From positions 42,368 to 106,367 of the forward strand of contig DATBWR010000016.1 in NCBI GenBank assembly GCA_036514715.1: 64,000 nt of DNA, given 5' to 3'. The translations under genes were made by a program, and so were the position numbers. This DNA is from Candidatus Nanoarchaeia archaeon. Its GTDB lineage: Bacteria > Patescibacteriota > Microgenomatia > Woykebacterales > RBG-16-39-9b. Shown in pieces: positions 57,414 to 64,000 of the stretch. The notes beneath the pieces are model-generated. The model saw only the letters and a list, made by a program, of their open reading frames with translations. It had not been told where the DNA came from and did no database searches. How positions within the stretch are numbered: position 1 is the first letter of the stretch; each line of letters begins with the position of its first letter.

Positions 57414-59225
57414 CTATTTCACCGCAGACTCTTTACCAAGCTCTTGGGGGTTAGAAGTGATCAGAACGTGCTCATGAGGAGCAGCCTGGACTCTGATAGC
57501 CACGTGGTTACTACCAGCAAAGAAAATCCCCTCGCCAACATCAGCAGACAAAAGTAAGTTTCTTTCACCTTCGGAAAGATAAAAGGTGCCAACCACTTGG
57601 TCAATTGAGGCTGGTGACTGCTTTAAAAGTACTTGGATTGAGGAATTGGTGACAATCGCTCGGCCATAATCGCTAGCGAGAAAATCTTCCACGTCTTGTG
57701 TCACTGTGGTCAACCCCAAAAAGTATTTACGGGCGCGTTTAGCAATTGAATACATAAAAGAAGCGCTGTCCGGATGCTTCATCAAGTACCAAGCTTCGTC
57801 AACGATCAACAGCCGTTTCTTGCGATCCTTTTTAATTTTAGTCCAGATGTAATCCAGAATAATAAACATGCCAATGGGGCGGAGTTCATCCTCCATATCA
57901 CGGATGGAAAAAACAGTAAAGGTGTTCTTGATATCAATTGTGGACTGACGGTCGAAGATGCCGGCCAAGGAACCGCGAATGTATTTTTCAATTCTTTCCG
58001 CCATGGACTTTGCTTCTGGCTCAGCGCTATTGAGCAAAACTTCATAAAGATCCTCAAGTACTGGGGAGGGTCTAGTCTGAGTGGCTGGATCTGGGGTAAT
58101 TCCCTTGAGTTTGTAGGTAGTGATCAGGGCACGATCAAGAATGGCATCTTCAGTCGGGGTCATGTTACCTAAGACGATCCGGAAAAGTGAGTGCAGAGAA
58201 AGGATTTTTAAGCCCAACTCGTTTTCACCTTCTTCGTAGACGCCGGAGAGATCAAAAGGGTTAATTTTAGAAGCTTCCCGAGCCGCAAACTTAATATACT
58301 CACCACCGATTGCCTCGCACAAGGGGTGGTACTCTTCCTCGGGATCGATGATAATTATTTCCGTACCGAACATTAAACTGCGCACGGCTTCCAATTTAGT
58401 TAAGTAACTTTTACCAGCCCCACTCTTGGCAAAAACCACACTGTTAGCATTTTCCAAAGTAAAGCGGTCAAAGATCACGAGTGAGCCGTTGTGCTCATTA
58501 ATGCCGTACAAAATACCTTCATTGGCGGTCAGTTCTGAAGAAGTGAAAGGAAAAGTAGTTGCCAGAGAGGTGGTGTCCATATTACGGGTTACCAAAAGTT
58601 TGTCGGTAAAAGTTGGCAGGGTAGTCTGAAAACCCATTTCTTGCTGGAGGGTAGCGTGTTTGGTGACAATGAGTAAGGAGCCAAGGGTGGCCTCAACTTG
58701 CTTAGTGACCGCATTTAACTCATCAAGAGAGTTAGCTGGAACAGTGACATAGAAAGAAAGCTGGAAAAAACGTTCGATACCGGCCACTAACTGATCCTGT
58801 AAGGATTGAGCATCCTCCAAGGCGATTTTTACTGCCGGATCAACAACTCGACCTTTGTCTAAATCACCTTCGACCGTCGCTTCCATCTCAGCGATTTTAC
58901 GACGCAGCTCATCTAATATCCCTTTAGCTTCAACTGGATAGTAGTAAAAGACAATATCAAGGGTATGGTCAAAATTGATAATCGGTGCGAGCCAGTTGGC
59001 GCCGACAAAACGTGGGTAGCCAGAGACAAAGAGAGTTCGAAAGAAAGTTTCCCCAATCCGAAGATGATCGAAATCAACCTGCAAGGCCGGTGGAGCAATA
59101 ATATCTTTGACATCTACCATACCCCGACCAAGAGTCATTTTCACTTTGTCGCGGGTAGAAGCTAGTTCTAATTCCTGTGGGGAGGGAGGTTGTTTCTTGC
59201 GAAAGAAATTTGCTAAGAGGCTCAT
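57414..59225 (-). CDS. VirB4/TraC-like ATPase
   Basis: AKSGAGKS, IIDPEEEY, INPFD, DEAW, RARKY, TQDVED. Confidence 0.92.
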   Translation of the reverse strand: MSLLANFFRKKQPPSPQELELASTRDKVKMTLGRGMVDVKDIIAPPALQVDFDHLRIGETFFRTLFVSGYPRFVGANWLAPIINFDHTLDIVFYYYPVEAKGILDELRRKIAEMEATVEGDLDKGRVVDPAVKIALEDAQSLQDQLVAGIERFFQLSFYVTVPANSLDELNAVTKQVEATLGSLLIVTKHATLQQEMGFQTTLPTFTDKLLVTRNMDTTSLATTFPFTSSELTANEGILYGINEHNGSLVIFDRFTLENANSVVFAKSGAGKSYLTKLEAVRSLMFGTEIIIIDPEEEYHPLCEAIGGEYIKFAAREASKINPFDLSGVYEEGENELGLKILSLHSLFRIVLGNMTPTEDAILDRALITTYKLKGITPDPATQTRPSPVLEDLYEVLLNSAEPEAKSMAERIEKYIRGSLAGIFDRQSTIDIKNTFTVFSIRDMEDELRPIGMFIILDYIWTKIKKDRKKRLLIVDEAWYLMKHPDSASFMYSIAKRARKYFLGLTTVTQDVEDFLASDYGRAIVTNSSIQVLLKQSPASIDQVVGTFYLSEGERNLLLSADVGEGIFFAGSNHVAIRVQAAPHEHVLITSNPQELGKESAVK

Positions 59226-59944
59226 TGCGGTGCTTCTCCCGTACTTTCCGAGCCTTCCGCTTGAGTGGGTTGTAAGGCCGGTTCGACAATTGGAGTAGTA
59301 TATTCAGTGGTATTTAAGGCTGCTTTTTGCTCGCGAGACACCTCGGGGTTATAAAGATCGTAGAAAAATTCTACCAGCTCTTCGGTACGTAAAAGCCTAG
59401 TTTTAACCCCAATACGAGCAATTTGTTTGGTCAAATGGTCGATTTTTGGCCCTAAGTTGACTTTGGCTTTTTCTAAAGTGTGCCACTTATCGGGGACAGG
59501 TTTGTCTTTCTTTACCAAACTCGGTAAAGTTAAGGCTTGCGAAAGACTGGTATTAGCATAGGGTATCACCACGTAGAAGCGTTTATCAAGGACTTGGTTT
59601 TTCGAAACTAAATCATGGATAAATTTAGTGTAAAGGCCAATCATATTGGCTAAACTCTCGTTCACCGCCTGGTTTTGAGCGCCAGCAAGAAGCTTCAGGT
59701 AGCTAGAGATATCCATACGTTTCGAACGGACTACAATTTGAATTGGATAGGTTAGCGAGTTCAAAAGAGCTGCGTAAGCGAAAATCATGGCGTCTTGCTC
59801 CCGCTCGGAAAGCAGGTCAAAATTAACTGCCGTGGTTTGCAGAATGGCCACCGCGTTGCCGTTTTTTAAAATGACCAAATCATCACGAATATCTTCGATA
59901 TCTAAATGTTGTTGAGTGGAAGCATTGGGGGTTTTGGCAGCCAT
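59222..59944 (-). CDS. Conserved VirB4-associated protein
   Basis: VNFDLLS..EQ, LNSL.YPIQI, KRFYVVIP; overlaps the ATPase start. Confidence 0.8.
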   Translation of the reverse strand: MAAKTPNASTQQHLDIEDIRDDLVILKNGNAVAILQTTAVNFDLLSEREQDAMIFAYAALLNSLTYPIQIVVRSKRMDISSYLKLLAGAQNQAVNESLANMIGLYTKFIHDLVSKNQVLDKRFYVVIPYANTSLSQALTLPSLVKKDKPVPDKWHTLEKAKVNLGPKIDHLTKQIARIGVKTRLLRTEELVEFFYDLYNPEVSREQKAALNTTEYTTPIVEPALQPTQAEGSESTGEAPQ

Positions 59945-59950
59945 GTTTTT

Positions 59951-62164
59951 TTATCGAGCGCTAACCGGAGTATTAATGTTTTTAGCCTTAATTTCGATCG
60001 GTTGCATCACTGAACCGCTGGCTTCAACTTCAATAATGTCAAACTCGTAACCTGCTTTTTCAAGTTCCAGAGTGTAAATTCCGTTTGGCAGAGGAGTCGA
60101 AAGGGCAAACTGACCTAATTTGTTAGGTCTGAAGGCCCGTACCGGCTCCCCATCTTTATTTTTAACAATAATGACGACGCCCGAGAGTAATAGGCCGTTG
60201 GCATCTTTGATAATACCATTAATGACATTAGGTACGTTCGGGGTGTTAGGTAACATTTTACCGTAAGCAGGAGTGGCTTTGACAGTTGGCTTGGTAACCG
60301 CTCGAGCTTTTTTGGCCTGCTCTCTGCGGGCTAAGTCTTTAATTTCCGCAATAACCCGGGCCTTATCCTCAGGGGAAGTGAACTTCTTGCCTGCTTCTTT
60401 TAGAGTTTCGATCCTTTCCTGGGTGCTTTCGGTAGGTACAGCTTGGGGTTTTAACTGAGAAAACAGTTTTTGTAGCTCGTCATTAATACGCCGCTTTTCT
60501 TGAACTGCCTGAAGCTCGCTAAATTGCTTCAGAACGTTGTTGTCCCGCTCCAAAGCCTCGAATTTTTCCAGCATCTCTTTTCTCTGTTGTTGGCTCAGCT
60601 GTTTTAGAGTTTGGGGGTCGAGGTTCGCTAAGGCAGTTTTAAGTTGCTGGAAACTGGGTTTTAAATCTTCAGGGCTAACTTCAAGTGGCGGCGGTACTGC
60701 TATTTTAAGTGGTTGGGTAACTTCTGGTTTTGACGGTGGTGAGAGTGGCTCCACTCTCTGCGAGATGGGTAAAGCCCCCTCCTGGCTAGTTGCTGATTTA
60801 GCCGGTTCTTGAGGAAGTTTGGGTACGCTTTCAGTAGGGACTGCTGGTGGAGTTGAAGGCTTGCCTTTCTCCTCAAGATGTCGGAGCAAGTCCCGCACGC
60901 TTTCGAATGATTGACTACTAACTTCCAGAGGAGGCTTCTCTACTTGAACGATGATAGGGCTGGGAGATTGCTTGGACTCTGGACCAACTGGCGGTTTTAG
61001 TTCTTCACTGGGTATGACTAATACCGTCTTGGGAGCCTCTGGTAAAGGTTTCTCGGTGTGGAGTTTGGCAAAATCAAATTTTGGTTCAACCCCTGGCTGG
61101 TGGTGAGTTTCGTGCTTGGCTTGGTGAGGGTACTTTACACCTTTGGTTTTTTCTTCCAGAGAGTCAGTTTTTTGCTTGAGATGTTTAAGGGCCAGTGAAT
61201 GACTATTAATTAAGTTAGTCAGGGCCCTCCTCCAGTTTTCAGCTGCTTTCAACAAACGCTCGTCAACATCGACCCTTTCTTTTAAGGAAAAAATTTCTTG
61301 GCTTTGGGAAGGGCCGCGAGCTAAATTAAAAGTTCGGTCGAGATCCACAACTTCTTTAACCAAAGCCTTAATCTCTTCCTCCAATTTTACAATGTGCTTT
61401 TGATAATCAGCGTAGTTGTCAGCGCTTAAAGTGACGAGCGGTACTACACCTCGAGACTTCTTGGTAATTGGCTGGCTAGCTAACTCCAAAGAAGTCTCAG
61501 CCTCTTGCGGTTGATTTTGGTCAGCTGTAGAGACAGTAACCGGTTTTGCAAAGGCTAGTTTAGGAGACTCGCTTGAAGACAGAGTAGTTGCCTCTTGGTT
61601 TGGGGTTTTTTGGCGAGTGATTTCTTCGGCTACTCGTTGTTTAATTTGTTCAAAGAGAAGCTTATTAACGTCATCCAACTGACTTTTAATTTGGTCGTTA
61701 AATTGATGATTACTGTTGAGTGCTTCTTGACTGACTACTGGTCTGGGCTTTATAGCTTGGGTTTCTAAATCGTGAGAATTAACATAGGCGCCAGTTTCTG
61801 CAGAAGGTTTAGTGAGTGCCTCAAAAGCAGAGCTTGCCTTGGCCTTAATCTCAGAGTGTAGCTTTGGGGTAAGGCCAACTTGCGGTTCACCTTTAATGCT
61901 GATACTTCCAGAAGTTCCTAAAATTGATGGCGACACTGCTCTAGTGTGAGTGTTTTTAACCGCTCTTACGTAGACATCTCGATCAGGTAGTTGTATCTTA
62001 GTAACCGGTTTAAAACCCACCTCTCCAGCAATCTTAGCTCTCAGCTCCTGGTGAGTTTCAACTACTTGGCGCGGTTTTTGGCCTGGCAAATAACCTTGGC
62101 TAAAGGCAAGCCCGGGGTGGGTCAAAAGGTCAAAACTAGGTAGGCTTTCTTTTTCAGGTATCAT
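59951..62164 (-). CDS. Large low-complexity/coiled-coil protein with a C-terminal carboxypeptidase-regulatory-like beta-sandwich
   Basis: Pro/Glu/Gln/Ser-rich body; NVINGIIKD..G..LSG...N.LGQF...L.NG.Y. Confidence 0.8.
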   Translation of the reverse strand: MIPEKESLPSFDLLTHPGLAFSQGYLPGQKPRQVVETHQELRAKIAGEVGFKPVTKIQLPDRDVYVRAVKNTHTRAVSPSILGTSGSISIKGEPQVGLTPKLHSEIKAKASSAFEALTKPSAETGAYVNSHDLETQAIKPRPVVSQEALNSNHQFNDQIKSQLDDVNKLLFEQIKQRVAEEITRQKTPNQEATTLSSSESPKLAFAKPVTVSTADQNQPQEAETSLELASQPITKKSRGVVPLVTLSADNYADYQKHIVKLEEEIKALVKEVVDLDRTFNLARGPSQSQEIFSLKERVDVDERLLKAAENWRRALTNLINSHSLALKHLKQKTDSLEEKTKGVKYPHQAKHETHHQPGVEPKFDFAKLHTEKPLPEAPKTVLVIPSEELKPPVGPESKQSPSPIIVQVEKPPLEVSSQSFESVRDLLRHLEEKGKPSTPPAVPTESVPKLPQEPAKSATSQEGALPISQRVEPLSPPSKPEVTQPLKIAVPPPLEVSPEDLKPSFQQLKTALANLDPQTLKQLSQQQRKEMLEKFEALERDNNVLKQFSELQAVQEKRRINDELQKLFSQLKPQAVPTESTQERIETLKEAGKKFTSPEDKARVIAEIKDLARREQAKKARAVTKPTVKATPAYGKMLPNTPNVPNVINGIIKDANGLLLSGVVIIVKNKDGEPVRAFRPNKLGQFALSTPLPNGIYTLELEKAGYEFDIIEVEASGSVMQPIEIKAKNINTPVSAR

Positions 62165-62772
62165 TTTTCGCTTTCCTTGCTCTCACTGGCAATTTGGTTC
62201 AAGCGTTGAAAACGTGGTTGGGTTTCCCGGATAGTTTGAGTAAACTCAGCTTGGGGTACGTTCAAGTTTGGAGCCACAAAGACCTGGCGGTCGCCGGTTG
62301 CAAAAGGTAGTTGTGCTAAACGTTTTTCTTCGTTCTCATCCACCGCGTTCCCTGTTTCCTGACGAGTGTGACTCTTTAGGTAAGCATCGAGCTTTGAGCG
62401 ATCGGAAACTACCTTCGGGCCCAGAGCAGTTTGTTGGGCTTGCAAATAGGAAGAAAACTGCGGTTCCAGGAAACCCAGATTTTTGGCTTCCCTCCTCCAA
62501 ACCCGGATAGTCGGGGCGTAGATAGTTTTGATGAAAGCAACTAACCACCTTTCAAAAGGCTGATCGTTAATTTTAAAGAGGGCTAGAGCAACTGCTAGTA
62601 AACTAAAGGGCCCACCAATAAGGATAACTACCAGAAAAGGAAGTTGAGCAGCGTAAAGGACAATGTCAATGATACCGGCAAATGCCAGATACCCGAACTG
62701 ACGTAGGGTTAAAAAGCCGATGAGTTTAAACTCAAAACCAGTGATGTTTTGCGGAACAGGGTGCTGTTGCAT
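62161..62772 (-). CDS. PrgI-family membrane protein
   Basis: QHPVPQNI..FEFKLIG.LTLRQF, 2 TM, P..RVW. Confidence 0.88.
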   Translation of the reverse strand: MQQHPVPQNITGFEFKLIGFLTLRQFGYLAFAGIIDIVLYAAQLPFLVVILIGGPFSLLAVALALFKINDQPFERWLVAFIKTIYAPTIRVWRREAKNLGFLEPQFSSYLQAQQTALGPKVVSDRSKLDAYLKSHTRQETGNAVDENEEKRLAQLPFATGDRQVFVAPNLNVPQAEFTQTIRETQPRFQRLNQIASESKESEK

Positions 62773-62984
62773 GGACAAGTTTTTCTATTGACTTTGGTTT
62801 TTTTATTATGCCCTAGAAAAGGCGAAAAATTCAACCCGCACAAAGTGGGTCATAGGGTGGTGGAAGTTATAAACTTCTTCGGCTTCGCCTTCGAATTTTG
62901 TAATTATTCAAGTAAAAATTTTAGTAAAGTGAGAGACAATTATGAATCTCTTCGAGCTTCGTAGCTATCGTAATAGCTATGGGA

Positions 62985-63013
62985 TTGACAATAGCTTCAT
63001 TTCATGTTAAAAT
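62985..63013 (+). promoter_or_regulatory. Sigma70 promoter
   Basis: TTGACA-N17 (ending TGt)-TAAAAT. Confidence 0.85.
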
Positions 63014-63018
63014 CCCCA

Positions 63019-63530
63019 CGAAAAGGTTTACAGATGTTTAGTAAGAGAATTCTTAAGTTAAAAGGCCGAGGAAGCACTCCGACGTAAATTTGGAGGGCTT
63101 TGCTTAAGTCAAGACTTAAGCAAGCGGGCTTCTGAGGACTCTAGTTAGTCACCAGAAGCCCGCTTTTAGTTTGCAAAACTAGGGCGCGAAGCGCCACGTC
63201 AGCAAAGCTTATGCGGCGTTGACTTTTAGCGAAGTGCCCTTAGTGTACCAAAAGTTAACGAAAGGACGGGGCGCACTTTACCAAATTAATAGTTAGAGAA
63301 GCCTTGTTGAAACCCATCAAGAGGGCAACTTGGTAGTAACTCTGAATTCTAAATTCAAGTTATCGCCAGTTTCCCCTCTTGATGAAAATTGCTTTAGGCA
63401 AACTTCATCAAGGTAAGGGGTTAAGAAAAACCAGCCGTAGGTCCCGCGTAGCACGCCTGTGCGAAGTGGGATTGAGCTCTCCGTTCTAGCGCAAGCTAGG
63501 GTGGATGGAGTTCCGACTGTTAACCTTTTT
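63019..63530 (+). ncRNA. Large structured RNA of unrecognised family
   Basis: Terminal helix 63021-33/63517-29 encloses at least 11 helices with G-U pairs and GCAA loops on the + strand. Confidence 0.7.
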
Positions 63531-63600
63531 ACCTGTAAAGTTTGCGTAAAGCACACCCAGCCTTTGGGCTGAGGTGAATAGTTCAGCAAGGAGAAAGAAA

Positions 63601-64000
63601 GTGACAAACGGAAACGAAGATGACGAGCCCGAACCTATTGGAGATGAAGAAGAAGAGCTACGACGGCTAGAACGAGAACTTGCTATTTTAGAAGGCAGAG
63701 GGGCAGGAGGAGCTTCGCTTATTTACTCAAGCCCTCTGTCCGACGAAGAGTACGTTGCACTAGCTGCCCGTCCCTATGAGGTTTCCTTGGACTGGGTCGT
63801 TCGGTCAGTCGTAACAGCTGACCGAGCTTCTATGAACGCGATCGACCAATTCTTGCAGAGATCGATGGCTCACTTCCGACGCTGGGTTCCTGTCCAGGTC
63901 TACTACCGTGTCCACAGAGCTTGGGAGTTTAAATCGGAACCAGGAAAGGTGAAGGCGGACCGCAGAGGAAAACCCATACCTCTTAGAGACAAGGGTACCA
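63601..64000 (+). CDS. Hypothetical protein, runs off the window (MTNGNEDDEPEPIGDEEEELRRLERELAILEG...)
   Basis: AAGGAG RBS before GTG; 133 open codons to the window end. Confidence 0.7.
   Translation, partial: MTNGNEDDEPEPIGDEEEELRRLERELAILEGRGAGGASLIYSSPLSDEEYVALAARPYEVSLDWVVRSVVTADRASMNAIDQFLQRSMAHFRRWVPVQVYYRVHRAWEFKSEPGKVKADRRGKPIPLRDKGT

Noticed and set aside
63019-63530. RNase P RNA, tmRNA or self-splicing intron identity for the large RNA
   Set aside because: GAGGAAGCACTCC only loosely resembles GAGGAAAGUCC and has no matching 3' P4 strand. There are no tRNA-like ends, no group II domain V and no group I core.
63317-63607. 96-aa minus-strand ORF over the structured region
   Set aside because: No RBS or recognisable features; it is antisense to a strong promoter and to + strand RNA structure.
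1-64000. CRISPR array, prophage or intact transposase
   Set aside because: No regularly spaced repeats, cas genes, phage structural genes or full transposase were seen.
1-64000. Alternative genetic code (UGA = Gly)
   Set aside because: lepA, tpiA, dnaN and holA end at TGA at their expected C-termini, and conserved genes have no internal TGA.

Overview
Chromosomal window from a streamlined bacterium using the standard code (TGA is a stop). Gene content suggests Patescibacteria/CPR, probably Microgenomates-like (inference). It holds the replication origin (rpmH-rnpA-yidD-yidC-jag | dnaA-oriC-dnaN-recF) and many housekeeping genes: lepA, murJ, rpsT, holA, tpiA, pgk, trxA, two UvrD helicases, rmuC, metG, tatD, groESL, galU, tsaD, valS, rplY and tRNA-Cys. 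There are also envelope genes, pilN/pilO, a PrgI-VirB4 cluster, a Type IIG/ISP-like R-M gene and a PIN/RHH toxin-antitoxin pair. The most unusual signals are intergenic. (1) A ~510-nt, highly nested structured RNA lies behind a near-consensus promoter at 63.0-63.5 kb. (2) Two micro-ORF cassettes (31 and 28 aa; 24.0-24.4 kb and 43.7-44.1 kb) share a non-coding scaffold but encode unrelated peptides. (3) CCTATAG sits exactly 3 nt upstream of the -35 box in three accessory promoters. (4) A ~190-nt rod-like RNA follows rplY. (5) The 3' ends of valS and the NYN gene are duplicated. Structures were paired by eye; no folding software or database search was run.
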